DNA of 64,000 nt from Dehalococcoidia bacterium (GCA_050011565.1 JBEKIW010000003.1:128001-192000); one strand, 5' to 3'. Shown: positions 28,397 through 39,053, counted from the stretch's first letter. Notes: generated by a model from the letters alone, not told the origin. Numbers and translations are program-made.

Positions 28397-28428
28397 TTAA
28401 TCAGATTTTAATATTAGGTTGCTATGCT
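28397..28428 (+). promoter_or_regulatory. TTAAT-N6-TTAAT direct repeat plus -10 (TATGCT)
   Basis: Repeats at 28397 and 28408; -10 at 28423. Confidence 0.65.
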
Positions 28429-28463
28429 TAAATCATCTACATAAGAAAGGAGGTGACACAGAA

Positions 28464-28892
28464 ATGCGGCTGAACAAAAAATTGATTATTATTGCGGTAT
28501 CAGTGGCTGTGCTGCTAATCGGGAGCATCGCCGGGGTTGTACTGGCTGCAGGCAACGACAACAGCAATCAGTCTAATGCTCAAGGCGAGGACCTGTTGGC
28601 AAAGGTCTGCACCATATACCAGCAGAACACGGGCAACGCTATTGATGAAACAGCGCTCAAAAACGCTTTCACTCAGGCTGAAAATGAGGCGCAGTTGGCG
28701 CGGGAGCAAACCCGCCTTAATGACCAGGTAACGCAGGGCAAGATAACCCAGGATCAGGCTGACCAGTATCTAAAGTGGTGGCAGTCGAGGCCCAATTTAC
28801 CGGGTGGATTTGGCTTTGGTGGACCTGGTGGTTTCCCCGGTCGGGGTGCACCGTGCGTCCCACCTGCAACAGCTCCTAGCACGACACAATAG
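28464..28892 (+). CDS. Exported protein with one GKITQDQAD module (paralogue of 24042-24809)
   Basis: AGGAGG SD, signal peptide ending VVLA, GKITQDQADQYLKWWQSRP. Confidence 0.8.
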   Translation: MRLNKKLIIIAVSVAVLLIGSIAGVVLAAGNDNSNQSNAQGEDLLAKVCTIYQQNTGNAIDETALKNAFTQAENEAQLAREQTRLNDQVTQGKITQDQADQYLKWWQSRPNLPGGFGFGGPGGFPGRGAPCVPPATAPSTTQ

Positions 28893-28921
28893 CTGACCAA
28901 ACCTAGGACTTCTGCCTATAT

Positions 28922-28954
28922 TAGAGAGGGAGAGAAATATTCTCTCCCTCTCTA
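28922..28954 (+). terminator. Hairpin, putative terminator
   Basis: TAGAGAGGGGAGAGAA-ATA-TTCTCTCCCTCTCTA. Confidence 0.55.
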
Positions 28955-28983
28955 ATTATTGTATATAGGGCTTAAAAATAAAC

Positions 28984-29015
28984 TTAACAATTTTTTAACA
29001 TTTGTGTTATAACAT
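28984..29015 (+). promoter_or_regulatory. TTAAC-N6-TTAAC autoregulatory box plus -10 (TAACAT)
   Basis: Repeats at 28984 and 28995, directly upstream of the response regulator gene. Confidence 0.7.
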
Positions 29016-29045
29016 TAACAGCGTTGAATAATCAAGAGAGCAAAT

Positions 29046-29741
29046 ATGGCCAGTAAAAGGGTTTTGGTAGTTGATGACGATGTGAAGACAGTAGAACTGG
29101 TCAAACTTTACCTGAGCCGGGATGGCTACAGCGTTATGACTGCCTACGATGGTACTGAGGCTCTGCGCCTGTCTCGTCAAAGTCACCCCGACCTTATCGT
29201 CCTGGACTTAATGCTGCCAGGGACGGATGGCCTTGAGGTCTGCCGTAGTATTAGAAGTGAATCCGATGTACCAATAATTATGCTTACTGCCAGAACTACG
29301 GACGAAGATAAGCTAACCGGTCTGAATTTAGGGGCTGATGATTATGTGTCCAAGCCCTTTAGCCCGAGGGAGCTGGCAGCCAGAGTCCGGACAGTTCTCA
29401 GGCGCTTGCCTGGTGAACGTGGCCCTGCAGAGATTAAGCGGGGCGAACTTGTCCTGAATTTTCTCAAGCAGGAAGTATCTTTTGCTGGCAAGCCTCTAAA
29501 TCTTACGCCGGTTGAATTCAAGTTGCTGGGAGTTCTCGTTAGAGAAGCTGGAAGAGTTTTCAGCCGGGCAGAACTTGTTGAAAAAGCCCTGGGCTACGAC
29601 TACAGGGGCTTTGACCGTACCATTGATGTGCATATTCTGAACCTGCGTCGGAAACTGGAGCCCGACCCCGTACACCCTAAGTACATAAAGACAGCATACG
29701 GCGCTGGTTACAGGTTCTCAGAGGTCCAAGGTGATACATAG
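29046..29741 (+). CDS. OmpR-family response regulator
   Basis: [37 protein letters not shown]. Confidence 0.95.
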   Translation: MASKRVLVVDDDVKTVELVKLYLSRDGYSVMTAYDGTEALRLSRQSHPDLIVLDLMLPGTDGLEVCRSIRSESDVPIIMLTARTTDEDKLTGLNLGADDYVSKPFSPRELAARVRTVLRRLPGERGPAEIKRGELVLNFLKQEVSFAGKPLNLTPVEFKLLGVLVREAGRVFSRAELVEKALGYDYRGFDRTIDVHILNLRRKLEPDPVHPKYIKTAYGAGYRFSEVQGDT

Positions 29742-31113
29742 TTTACGATTTCGCCTCCTGATGGCTTTCGCCCTCGTAATACTGGTCGCAGTCGGAGCCA
29801 TATATTTATTTGTCAGCCATGCCAGCGTGGTTGAAATCGGGCGGTTTGGCGAAAGAAGCGAACAAGCACGCTTTGGAAGATTAGCCTTCGAGCTAAATCG
29901 GTATTACCACGACCATGGGGACTGGGAGGGCATTCAACCCTATGTGGAACAGTGGGGCAGTCTCTACGGACGACGGATTATACTTACGGACTCCAGTGGG
30001 CTAGTAGTAGCAGATTCCCAAAAAGAATTGTTGGGGCAGCAATACTTTCCTGATACACCAGGTATGCGCTTCCCGCCACCGCCAGAAGGAGGTCCCGGTA
30101 CACCAGGCATGAACTCCCCGTCACCGCCGGAAGGAGACAGCGTGGGAACTTTATACATGAGCCCCGAACCATCAGCGGTTTTCCCTTCACCACTGAGTCT
30201 TTCCCAGGCAGTGAGTCATTACCTTCTCTGGGGTGCACTGCTGGCGGCTGCCGTTGCTTTCTTAATAACCTATTTTCTGTCCCGGCGAATTTCAGCACCG
30301 GTCAAGGCTCTTACCGTTGCTGCCAGACAGATGGGCCAGGGAGACCTGTCTCAGAGGGTACTGTCTAAGGACAAAGGTGAGCTAGGCGAGCTGGCTCAAG
30401 CCTTTAACACCATGGCGGAAAATCTGGAGCGAGGTGAGTTCCTTCGCCGCAATATGATAGCTGATATTGCCCACGAGTTGAGAACGCCACTATCCAATCT
30501 CAAAGGTTATCTGGAAGCAATGACCGATGGTGTTATAAAGCCAGGTTCAGGCACAATCCGCTCCCTTGACGAAGAAGCAAACCTCTTATCGCGAATGGTT
30601 GACGACCTGCAAGAGTTGAGCCTGGCTGAAGCCGGCGAGCTCAAGCTGGATTGTCAGATACAAGATATCACCAAGTTATTAAAACAGACGGTAGCTGTGA
30701 GGCAGACTCAGGCGGCGGCAAAAGGAGTATCATTATCCGCTGACCTGCCTAGAAAACTGCCACGGGTGAAAATTGACACCCATCGTATTAACCAGGTCTT
30801 GCTCAATCTTATAGATAACGCCATAACTCACACACCAAAAGGCGGTATCATAACCATAACCGCGAGGAAGCTTGATCAATGGCTGGAGATCAGCGTGGAA
30901 GATACCGGAGAGGGCATTTCTGCTAAGGACTTGCCGAATGTCTTTGAGCGTTTCTACAGGGTGGATAAATCGCGAGCCAGGGCAACCGGAGGTGCGGGCC
31001 TGGGGCTTGCTATTGCCAAAAGCCTGCTAGAGGCACATGGAGGCAAGATTGAAGTACGGAGCGAAGAAGGTAAAGGTAGCCGCTTCTCCTTCACGCTACC
31101 CGTCGCACCGTAG
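29731..31113 (+). CDS. HAMP sensor histidine kinase (BaeS-like)
   Basis: [35 protein letters not shown]. Confidence 0.95.
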   Translation: MIHSLRFRLLMAFALVILVAVGAIYLFVSHASVVEIGRFGERSEQARFGRLAFELNRYYHDHGDWEGIQPYVEQWGSLYGRRIILTDSSGLVVADSQKELLGQQYFPDTPGMRFPPPPEGGPGTPGMNSPSPPEGDSVGTLYMSPEPSAVFPSPLSLSQAVSHYLLWGALLAAAVAFLITYFLSRRISAPVKALTVAARQMGQGDLSQRVLSKDKGELGELAQAFNTMAENLERGEFLRRNMIADIAHELRTPLSNLKGYLEAMTDGVIKPGSGTIRSLDEEANLLSRMVDDLQELSLAEAGELKLDCQIQDITKLLKQTVAVRQTQAAAKGVSLSADLPRKLPRVKIDTHRINQVLLNLIDNAITHTPKGGIITITARKLDQWLEISVEDTGEGISAKDLPNVFERFYRVDKSRARATGGAGLGLAIAKSLLEAHGGKIEVRSEEGKGSRFSFTLPVAP

Positions 31114-31302
31114 ACAGCCACTTATATAATTTTTGCTCCTGCCGAATCAACTGGCCTGGGGCATCGCCATCGACATCATACTCGTCACCCATACCCTCTT
31201 CCTGATTTTTAAGACTGGTTTGCACCTAAGCTTGTCCTCCTTCCAGAGGCAAGGAAAAGCTTAAAAAATCATAACATTTGCCAAAATTAAACCAAAAGGG
31301 TA

Positions 31303-31355
31303 TTGACAAGGTCTATTTGGTATGTTATCATATGGTATACGGCAACCGCTTGCCG
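31303..31355 (+). promoter_or_regulatory. Promoter of the GOGAT operon with palindromic operator CGGCAA-N4-TTGCCG
   Basis: TTGACA(31303)-17 nt-TATCAT(31326); perfect inverted repeat at 31340-31355. Confidence 0.75.
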
Positions 31356-31382
31356 CTTACCACATAATTAAAGAAGGAAGAA

Positions 31383-31835
31383 ATGATGAAGAGAGTCTAT
31401 GTGCAAGAGGAAATCTGCATGGGCTGCGGCCTCTGCCGGGTTTACTGCCAGACAGAGCATTCCAGAACTAAAGATATAATCAAAGCCTTTAAGAAAGAGA
31501 GCCCGCGTTCGGTGCCCCGTATTCGCGTAGAAAGAAAAGGTGAAATTTCCTTCTCCCTTCAGTGCCGGCATTGCGACGAGCCGTGGTGCGTTTACTCCTG
31601 TCTAACAGGGGCGATGCAAAAGGACCCGACAACAGGTATAGTTACCGTCGATACCCAAAAGTGTATGGGCTGTTGGACATGTATACTAGCTTGCCCTAGC
31701 GGAGCATTGACCAGAGACAATGGTGAAAAAGTTGTCGCCAAGTGTGACCTGTGCCCCGGACGTGATGTGCCGGCTTGCGTGGCTAACTGCCCGAATGAAG
31801 CACTGGTATTTATAGAAGATGGTGTAGGTAAATAA
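31383..31835 (+). CDS. 4Fe-4S dicluster protein (CooF/HydN-like), GOGAT-associated
   Basis: CMGCGLC, CRHCDEPWC, CMGCWTCILACP, KCDLC...CVANCP. Confidence 0.9.
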   Translation: MMKRVYVQEEICMGCGLCRVYCQTEHSRTKDIIKAFKKESPRSVPRIRVERKGEISFSLQCRHCDEPWCVYSCLTGAMQKDPTTGIVTVDTQKCMGCWTCILACPSGALTRDNGEKVVAKCDLCPGRDVPACVANCPNEALVFIEDGVGK

Positions 31836-31852
31836 CTTGCAGGGATAAAGAG

Positions 31853-32479
31853 TTGAAAAAAAAGATTGCTATAGTTGACTATGGTGCCGGCAACCTGGGC
31901 AGCGTGGCTAATGCCATTGTCAAACTCGGTTATGAGCCAAATGTTACCGGCAAGCCGTCGGAAGTGCTCAGCGCTGCAGCAGTTATACTGCCCGGCGTCG
32001 GCGCGGCAGGTGACGCCATGGAAAATCTAAAGGTAATAGGTATGGCTGATGTGATTCGCCAACTGATTGAAGCCAGACGACCTCTGTTCGCTGTCTGTGT
32101 CGGACTGCAACTCCTCTTTTCCGGCACCGAGGAGGGTGGCTGGCATGAATGTTTAAACGTGATTCCCGGTACCGTAAAGAGATTACCTGCGGGCCTCAAG
32201 GTTCCTCATATGGGTTGGAATCAAGTCAAGCAGATAGTCGGGCATAAGGTCTTCGATGCTATACCGGATGAAGCTAATTTCTATTTCGTTCACAGCTATT
32301 ATGTCGACCCGGAGGATAAGTCGGTTATAGCCGGCACCACAGATTACGGGATATCTCTTAGCAGCGTGATTATCAAAGACAATCTGATAGCGACCCAGTT
32401 TCACCCGGAAAAAAGCGGCAACTGGGGTTTAAAGATGTATTCTAATTTTTTGAAAAAGGCACTGGGCCGGGAAGGATGA
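31853..32479 (+). CDS. hisH: Imidazole glycerol phosphate synthase glutaminase subunit
   Basis: VDYGAGNL, LPGVG, CVGLQ, VPHMGWN, FYFVHSY, QFHPEKS. Confidence 0.95.
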   Translation: MKKKIAIVDYGAGNLGSVANAIVKLGYEPNVTGKPSEVLSAAAVILPGVGAAGDAMENLKVIGMADVIRQLIEARRPLFAVCVGLQLLFSGTEEGGWHECLNVIPGTVKRLPAGLKVPHMGWNQVKQIVGHKVFDAIPDEANFYFVHSYYVDPEDKSVIAGTTDYGISLSSVIIKDNLIATQFHPEKSGNWGLKMYSNFLKKALGREG

Positions 32480-32480
32480 T

Positions 32481-33779
32481 ATGGCAACTAAAAAAGCTCT
32501 CAGAACTGAATATCTAATCATAGGCAACTCAGCCGGCGGCATCGGAGCTGCTGAAGCAATACGTGAGACTGACAAGAAGAATTCCATAACCATAGTCTCC
32601 GATGAACCGTACCCAGCATATTCCCGTCCGCTTATCTCTGAATATCTGGCTTGCGAGCGGACCGTTGAGGAGATGCTTTTCCGTCCTGCTGATTTCTACA
32701 AACAAAATAATATCGACCTTATGCCGGGCAAGAGCGTAAAAAGCCTGGACTTGCCCCGACGGCTTGTGGAACTGAACAGTGGCGAAAAAATCTCATGGCA
32801 CAAGCTATTACTCTCCACCGGCGGCATACCTATCGTCCCGAAGATGAAGGGAATAAATAAAAAAGGCGTATTTAAGTTCCTGACGCTCGACGATGCCAAG
32901 GCAATTGATAAATTCTTGAAGGATTATAGTCGCGCTGTGGTTATAGGCGGTGGTCTTATCGGCGTGAGTGTCAGCGAAGCTCTGACGAAACGCGGTGTGT
33001 CAGTCACCATAATAGAAATGAAAGACAGGGTGTTGAATACCATACTTGATGAACGTGCATCTGCAATAGCCGAAGAAATGCTCACCGAAGCCGGCATCAG
33101 GGTCATTGTCAACAACACGGTTTCGGAAGTTATCGGGGAAAATACTGTCGAGGGCGTCGTCCTGGACAGCGGTGAGACAATACCGTGTGACCTGGTGGTC
33201 ATAGCTATAGGCGTTTTGCCACGGACTGAACTTGTGCAAGGTACTAAAATAAAAGTGAATCGCGGCATTGTAGTTGACCGATACATGGCCACCAGTTTTC
33301 CGGATGTTTACTCCTGCGGAGATGTCGCTGAAGCTTACGATTTCGTTTTGGATACAAACCGGCTGACACCTATCTGGCCAAATGCTTATATCGGCGGCAG
33401 AGTGGCCGGCTGTAACATGACCGGTGTCAAAAAAGAATATCTCGGCGGCACGGCTATGAATTCAATCAACTATTTCGGCCTCGATATAACCACAGCCGGA
33501 ATTGTAAATCCTCCTGACGTCAACAACTACGAGGTCATAACCAGGAACCAGGATGGCGTCTATCAGAAGGTGATGTTAAGCGATGGGCTTATTGTGGGTA
33601 TGGTCTTTGTTAAGGATATTGAGAAGTCGGGTATGATTTTTGGCTTAATGAGAGACAAGGTGAATGTCAGCGACTTTAAGGACGCACTTCTGGCTGACGA
33701 CTTTGGGCTGGCATATCTGCCCCAGGAGCTATTGCGGGAGCGTTTAGGAAATGTGTCTCTGCTGGTGGCTAAACATTAA
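32481..33779 (+). CDS. FAD/NAD(P)-dependent oxidoreductase (NirB/FNOR-like), GOGAT-associated
   Basis: IIGNSAGG, YSRPLI, GGGLIG, YSCGDVAE. Confidence 0.85.
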   Translation: MATKKALRTEYLIIGNSAGGIGAAEAIRETDKKNSITIVSDEPYPAYSRPLISEYLACERTVEEMLFRPADFYKQNNIDLMPGKSVKSLDLPRRLVELNSGEKISWHKLLLSTGGIPIVPKMKGINKKGVFKFLTLDDAKAIDKFLKDYSRAVVIGGGLIGVSVSEALTKRGVSVTIIEMKDRVLNTILDERASAIAEEMLTEAGIRVIVNNTVSEVIGENTVEGVVLDSGETIPCDLVVIAIGVLPRTELVQGTKIKVNRGIVVDRYMATSFPDVYSCGDVAEAYDFVLDTNRLTPIWPNAYIGGRVAGCNMTGVKKEYLGGTAMNSINYFGLDITTAGIVNPPDVNNYEVITRNQDGVYQKVMLSDGLIVGMVFVKDIEKSGMIFGLMRDKVNVSDFKDALLADDFGLAYLPQELLRERLGNVSLLVAKH

Positions 33780-33795
33780 ATCCTGGAGTATTTAG

Positions 33796-34944
33796 ATGAA
33801 AGATATTATGCAAATTAATAATCCCCACCTTGACGACAAAGTAATCGATGCCTGCTCTATCTTTGGAATGATGGACACCACGGGTAAGTGTTTTTCGGGT
33901 AAGGACATAATTAAGGCCATCGCCAATATGCATGTCCGCGGCAACGGACTTGGCGGCGGTTTTGCCGTTTACGGACTGTACCCGGAATATGCTGACCTGT
34001 ACGCTTTCCACATAATGTATTTAAGCCGCGAAGGGAAGACGGAAACAGAGGAGTTTCTGAAGCAGAAGTTTAATATAGTTCGCGACGGCGTAGTGCCAAC
34101 CCGACCGATAGCAGCTATAACGAATCCGCCTTTAGTCTGGCGTTACTTCGTGGAAGTGAATCGTCGTGAATCCAAGGGGCAGTCGGACGATGATTATGTA
34201 GTAGCCAGGGTCATGGACATCAATACCGATATCAAAGACACGTTTGTCTTCTCCAGCGGAAAAAATATGGGTGTATTTAAAGGCGTGGGTTACCCCGAGG
34301 AGATTGGCGAATACTTCTGCCTGGAAAACTACCAAGGTTATTTGTGGACGGCACATGGCAGGTTCCCAACCAATACCCCCGGTTGGTGGGGTGGCGCACA
34401 TCCGTTTAATATCCTGGACTGGACGGTAGTACACAACGGCGAGATATCATCATACGGGATAAACCGTCGATATTTGGAGCAATTCGGCTACCGTTGCACT
34501 CTTCAGACTGATACCGAGGTGGTAGCTTATGCCGTCGACCTGCTGATAAGGAAACACGGCCTTCCTATTGAGGTGGTAGCCAAGATACTGGCGCCTCCTT
34601 TCTGGAATGATATAGAGCGCCGGCCTGCTGAGGAGCAGGAACTTCTCCGAGCCTTGCGTCAAGTATATGGCAGCCTTCTCTTAAATGGGCCGTTCACCAT
34701 AATCATTGCTCATCAGGGTGAAATGATCGGGCTTACCGATAGGATAAGGTTGCGCCCCCTAACCGCTGGAATAAAAGACCAGATACTTTATCTGTCTTCG
34801 GAGGAATCGGCGATCCGCCTGATTTGCCCCGAATTAGATGAAGCCTGGATACCGGTAGGCGGCGAACCGATAGTTGGTAGCCTGGACAAACCACTTCGAC
34901 GACAGAGCATTTCAGTGACAGAAAAGATGGCGGGAGCCAAATAG
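33796..34944 (+). CDS. Glutamate synthase amidotransferase subunit (class II GATase, GltB1-like)
   Basis: [39 protein letters not shown]. Confidence 0.88.
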   Translation: MKDIMQINNPHLDDKVIDACSIFGMMDTTGKCFSGKDIIKAIANMHVRGNGLGGGFAVYGLYPEYADLYAFHIMYLSREGKTETEEFLKQKFNIVRDGVVPTRPIAAITNPPLVWRYFVEVNRRESKGQSDDDYVVARVMDINTDIKDTFVFSSGKNMGVFKGVGYPEEIGEYFCLENYQGYLWTAHGRFPTNTPGWWGGAHPFNILDWTVVHNGEISSYGINRRYLEQFGYRCTLQTDTEVVAYAVDLLIRKHGLPIEVVAKILAPPFWNDIERRPAEEQELLRALRQVYGSLLLNGPFTIIIAHQGEMIGLTDRIRLRPLTAGIKDQILYLSSEESAIRLICPELDEAWIPVGGEPIVGSLDKPLRRQSISVTEKMAGAK

Positions 34945-34969
34945 AATTGTTAAAAAGGGGTTTAAGCTG

Positions 34970-35743
34970 ATGTTGACTAAGAGGATTATACCCTGTCTCG
35001 ATGTAACTCAAGGGCGAGTGGTAAAGGGCACGAGCTTTACCGACCTCCGCGATGCCGGTGACCCCGTTGAGCTTGCCGCATTTTATTATCAGGAAGGCGC
35101 CGATGAGCTGGTCTTTTTAGATATCGGCGCTACGCCTGAGGGGCGCGATACCATGGTGGATATAGTTGAACGCGTATCAAAACAGGTCTTTATTCCGCTT
35201 ACCGTCGGTGGCGGGCTGCGAAGCATCGAGGATATTAGACGTATGCTCAAGGCGGGTGCTGACAAAATAAGCATAAACACGGCTGCCGTCCTTAATCCCG
35301 AGCTTATTAAAGAGGGTGCACTTAAGTTTGGCTCTCAATGTATCGTTATCGCTATTGATGCCAAGCGGAACAATGGGAGCGGTGAATTTAAATGGGAGAT
35401 ATGCACTCACGGCGGACAGAGGCCGACGGGCATCGATGCCATTGCCTGGGCGAAGAAAGCCGCTGGACTTGGGGCCGGCGAGGTTCTACTTACCAGTTGG
35501 GATGCCGATGGTCAACGTACAGGTTATGATTTGGAGTTGACTCGTACTATCGGAGATGCAGTGACGATACCGATTATCGCCAGTGGTGGCGCCGGAAATC
35601 TGGAGCATCTGTATGAGGCACTTGTGCTGGGCAAGGCTGATGCTGTTCTTGCCGCCAGCATCTTTCACTACCGGACTTATTCCATACGCCAAGCCAAAGC
35701 TTATCTGGGAGAAAGAGGTATCCCGGTAAGAACTGAACAATAA
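34970..35743 (+). CDS. hisF: Imidazole glycerol phosphate synthase cyclase subunit
   Basis: [48 protein letters not shown]. Confidence 0.95.
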   Translation: MLTKRIIPCLDVTQGRVVKGTSFTDLRDAGDPVELAAFYYQEGADELVFLDIGATPEGRDTMVDIVERVSKQVFIPLTVGGGLRSIEDIRRMLKAGADKISINTAAVLNPELIKEGALKFGSQCIVIAIDAKRNNGSGEFKWEICTHGGQRPTGIDAIAWAKKAAGLGAGEVLLTSWDADGQRTGYDLELTRTIGDAVTIPIIASGGAGNLEHLYEALVLGKADAVLAASIFHYRTYSIRQAKAYLGERGIPVRTEQ

Positions 35744-35757
35744 CAGGGAGAACATAG

Positions 35758-37263
35758 ATGAAGACTTATTTACCGCCAAAGTTTTTAATAGAAAGGGACC
35801 AGGCACGGTGTATCCAGTGCCAGGTTTGTTGCAATCAATGCAGCTTTGATGTGCACTACTACGATGCCGAGGACGTCGAGGTAAGAAGCCGTGAGGAAAA
35901 CTGCGTTGGCTGCCATCGCTGCACGGTATTTTGCCCGACGAATGCCGTCAATATTCGAAGAAACCCGCTCGAATACAGGGAAAACTATAACTGGCGTCCT
36001 GAGGTAATCGAAGACATTATCAAACAGGCTGAGACCGGCGGCGTGTTACTTACCGGCATGGGCAATGATAAAAGCCAGCGCATTTACTGGGACCATCTGG
36101 TTTTGAACGCCAGCCAGGTGACAAACCCTTCAATTGACCCTCTCCGGGAGCCTATGGAGCTAACCACCTATCTGGGTCGTAAACCGGATATCGTTGAAAT
36201 AGACCTGAGTTCCATGCGCTTGAAGACAAAAATGGCGCCTCAAGTAAGAATCGATATCCCGGTGATGTTCACAGCCATGTCCTATGGTGCGGTAAGCATC
36301 AATGTCCAGGAGTCTTTGGCTCGAGCGGCTACCGAGGCTGGTACTTTGTGGAATACCGGTGAAGGCGGCCTTCATCCCAGGCTATACAAGTACGGTAATA
36401 ACACCATCGTCCAGGTAGCTTCGGGAAGGTTCGGAGTACATCAGGAATATCTGGATGCTGCCAGAGTAATTGAAATCAAGATCGGGCAGGGAGCCAAGCC
36501 CGGCATCGGCGGACATCTCCCCGGAGAAAAAGTCAGCGCCGATGTATCCAAGACCAGAATGATTCCCCAGGGAACGGACGCCCTGTCACCGGCACCGCAG
36601 CATGATATCTACTCCATAGAGGACCTGGCTCAGCTGGTCTATGCTTTGAAGGAAGCTACCAACTATACCAAGCCGGTATCGGTGAAAATAGCTGCCGTCC
36701 ATAATTCGGCAGCTATCGCCAGCGGCATGGTCAGAGCCGGAGCCGACATTATAGTCCTTGATGGGCTGCGAGGTTCTACCGGGGCTGCTCCCAAAATCAT
36801 TCGCGACAATGTTGGTATTCCCATCGAGATGGCACTGGCCTCACTGGATACACGATTGAGGCAAGAAGGCATTCGAAATCAAGCATCAGTGGTCATTGCC
36901 GGCGGCATCAGGAATAGCGGTGACGTGGCTAAAGCCATAGCCCTCGGCGCCGACGCTGTTTATATCGGCACGGCGGCTCTAATGGCTCTCGGTTGTACCT
37001 GTTGCCAGCAGTGCCATACCGGCAAATGTGCCTGGGGAATTTGCACCAGCGACCTGGCGCTAACCAAGAGAATCAATCCGGACATTGGCGCTAGACGTCT
37101 GGCAAACCTTCTCCGCGGCTGGAGCATCGAGCTGAAGGACATACTCGGCGGCATGGGCATTAATGCCATAGAAAGCCTGCGGGGTAACAGGCTGGCATTG
37201 AGAGGTATTGGGCTCAGCGATACCGAGCTGGATATCTTAGGTGTAAGGATGGCAGGAGGCTAA
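35758..37263 (+). CDS. Glutamate synthase FMN-binding subunit with N-terminal ferredoxin (GltB2-like)
   Basis: AMSYGA, NTGEGG, QVASGRFG, KIGQGAKPGIGGHLPG, CQQCHTGKC. Confidence 0.92.
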   Translation: MKTYLPPKFLIERDQARCIQCQVCCNQCSFDVHYYDAEDVEVRSREENCVGCHRCTVFCPTNAVNIRRNPLEYRENYNWRPEVIEDIIKQAETGGVLLTGMGNDKSQRIYWDHLVLNASQVTNPSIDPLREPMELTTYLGRKPDIVEIDLSSMRLKTKMAPQVRIDIPVMFTAMSYGAVSINVQESLARAATEAGTLWNTGEGGLHPRLYKYGNNTIVQVASGRFGVHQEYLDAARVIEIKIGQGAKPGIGGHLPGEKVSADVSKTRMIPQGTDALSPAPQHDIYSIEDLAQLVYALKEATNYTKPVSVKIAAVHNSAAIASGMVRAGADIIVLDGLRGSTGAAPKIIRDNVGIPIEMALASLDTRLRQEGIRNQASVVIAGGIRNSGDVAKAIALGADAVYIGTAALMALGCTCCQQCHTGKCAWGICTSDLALTKRINPDIGARRLANLLRGWSIELKDILGGMGINAIESLRGNRLALRGIGLSDTELDILGVRMAGG

Positions 37264-37264
37264 A

Positions 37265-38038
37265 ATGGTAAAAACCAACGCCAGAAGAAAGAGCAACTCG
37301 GTCGTAGAAATCGACGCCCAGGACCTGCTAACGCGTGAGCTTAACATCCAGCTTAGAGAAGCAGCATCCAACGGAGCTCAGCGAATTGAGCTTCGCAATG
37401 TTTACGGGCAAAGATACATCGGCACCGATTTGAACAAGCCCGTGGAAATCGAGATATTCGGCACTCCGGGCAACGACCTGGGAGCATTTATGGATGGACC
37501 AAAAATTACAGTTCGTGGCAATGCCCAGGATGGCTGCGGAAACACCATGAATAACGGCGAAATAATAGTTCACGGTCACGCCGGCGATATTATTGGCCTA
37601 TCGGCTCGTGGAGGAAAGATATTTGTCAAAGAGGGCGTGGGCTACCGTGCCGGCATACACATGAAGGAATACGGAGACAAAAAGCCCGTCCTGGTTATAG
37701 GTGACACAGCCCAGGACTTCCTGGGCGAATATATGGCAGGGGGAATATTAATATTACTCGGCCTAAATTTGAAGCCGGGGGAGAACCACCGGGCAAATTA
37801 CATTGGGACCGGCATGCATGGCGGCGTTATATATCTCAGTGGAACTGTCAGCGACTTCCAACTGGGCAAGGAAATAGGCGTGTCTGAACTCGATGAGAAG
37901 GATTTTCTAAACTTAGAAAAATATGTGGGTGAGTTCGCCTCTCACTTCGGCTACGACACTCGAGAAATATTAAAACATAAGTTCATGAAGCTATTTCCAC
38001 TTTATCTCAGACCTTATGGCAGGCTCTACGCCTACTAA
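37265..38038 (+). CDS. Glutamate synthase GXGXG subunit (GltB3-like)
   Basis: GTPGNDLGAFMDG, QDFLGEYMAGG, IGTGMHGG. Confidence 0.9.
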   Translation: MVKTNARRKSNSVVEIDAQDLLTRELNIQLREAASNGAQRIELRNVYGQRYIGTDLNKPVEIEIFGTPGNDLGAFMDGPKITVRGNAQDGCGNTMNNGEIIVHGHAGDIIGLSARGGKIFVKEGVGYRAGIHMKEYGDKKPVLVIGDTAQDFLGEYMAGGILILLGLNLKPGENHRANYIGTGMHGGVIYLSGTVSDFQLGKEIGVSELDEKDFLNLEKYVGEFASHFGYDTREILKHKFMKLFPLYLRPYGRLYAY

Positions 38039-38051
38039 GGGAGGCTCGAAG

Positions 38052-39053
38052 ATGATAGGACAAGAAACTCGTGATGTAGAGAGAAAGATAACAGCCATTC
38101 TGAAAGTTCTCAGCGATTCGGCAGACCCGTTGGGCGGCAGGGTTATTTCACGTCGCCTTAAGGAGCAAGGGGTGGACCTCAACGAGAGAACAGTACGCTA
38201 TCATCTCAAAATAATGGATGAGCGAGGTCTAACCCGCTCAATCGGCCAGAGGGACGGCAGGAGAATAACCGAACCGGGACTTGAGGAGTTGAAGAGCGCT
38301 CTGGTCTGTGACAAGGTAGGTTTTGTAACCAGCAGGATTGAGCTGCTGTCTTATCTAACGACATTTGATTTGGAGGAATTTACCGGCGACATTCCAATCG
38401 ACGTATCCTTGTTCCCCAAAGAGCAGTTTGCTCAAGCCTGGGAGATAATGAAAGATGTCTTCGCCTCAGGGTTCTGCACCAGCAATTTAGTTGCCGTCGC
38501 TTCCGATGGCGAAAGGTTGGGAGACACAATTATACCGCAAGGCAAAATAGGTTTGGCTACAGTATGCAGTGCGGCCATCAGCGGTGCCTTGCTCAAAGCC
38601 GGTATCCCCATAGATTCCAGATTTGGCGGCATACTCCAAATACGAAATCACGAGCCGGCTCGCTTTGTCGAACTGATAGAATATAGTGGCTGCACTGTCG
38701 ACCCCTTCCAGATTTTCATTGCCGGCAGAATGACCAATGTTGTTGAAGCGGCCAAAAAAGGCGAGGGGAAGGTGCTTGCCAGCTTCCACGAAGTTCCTAT
38801 GCCTTCAAGGTCAGCGACTGAAGTCGTTCTTAATAAGCTTAAAGTACTCAATCTCTGCCATCTAGTGGTAATGGGCAAGGCCAGCGAGCCAATATGTGAA
38901 GTCCCCACAAGGTTAAACAAGATTGGATTGACGCTTCCCAGCGGGCTTAATGCTGTAGCCGCTGCCGCAGAAAAAGGAATTGACGTGACCTGCAGGGCAA
39001 TGAACGGCCTCATAGATATCGGCAAACTAAGAAGTTTCCGGACCTGTAATTGA
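38052..39053 (+). CDS. nrpR: NrpR-family nitrogen regulator (wHTH plus single NrpR/DUF128 domain), copy 1
   Basis: ERTVRYHLKIMDERGLT, GLATVCS, GIPIDSRFGG, SGLNAVAAAAE. Confidence 0.85.
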   Translation: MIGQETRDVERKITAILKVLSDSADPLGGRVISRRLKEQGVDLNERTVRYHLKIMDERGLTRSIGQRDGRRITEPGLEELKSALVCDKVGFVTSRIELLSYLTTFDLEEFTGDIPIDVSLFPKEQFAQAWEIMKDVFASGFCTSNLVAVASDGERLGDTIIPQGKIGLATVCSAAISGALLKAGIPIDSRFGGILQIRNHEPARFVELIEYSGCTVDPFQIFIAGRMTNVVEAAKKGEGKVLASFHEVPMPSRSATEVVLNKLKVLNLCHLVVMGKASEPICEVPTRLNKIGLTLPSGLNAVAAAAEKGIDVTCRAMNGLIDIGKLRSFRTCN

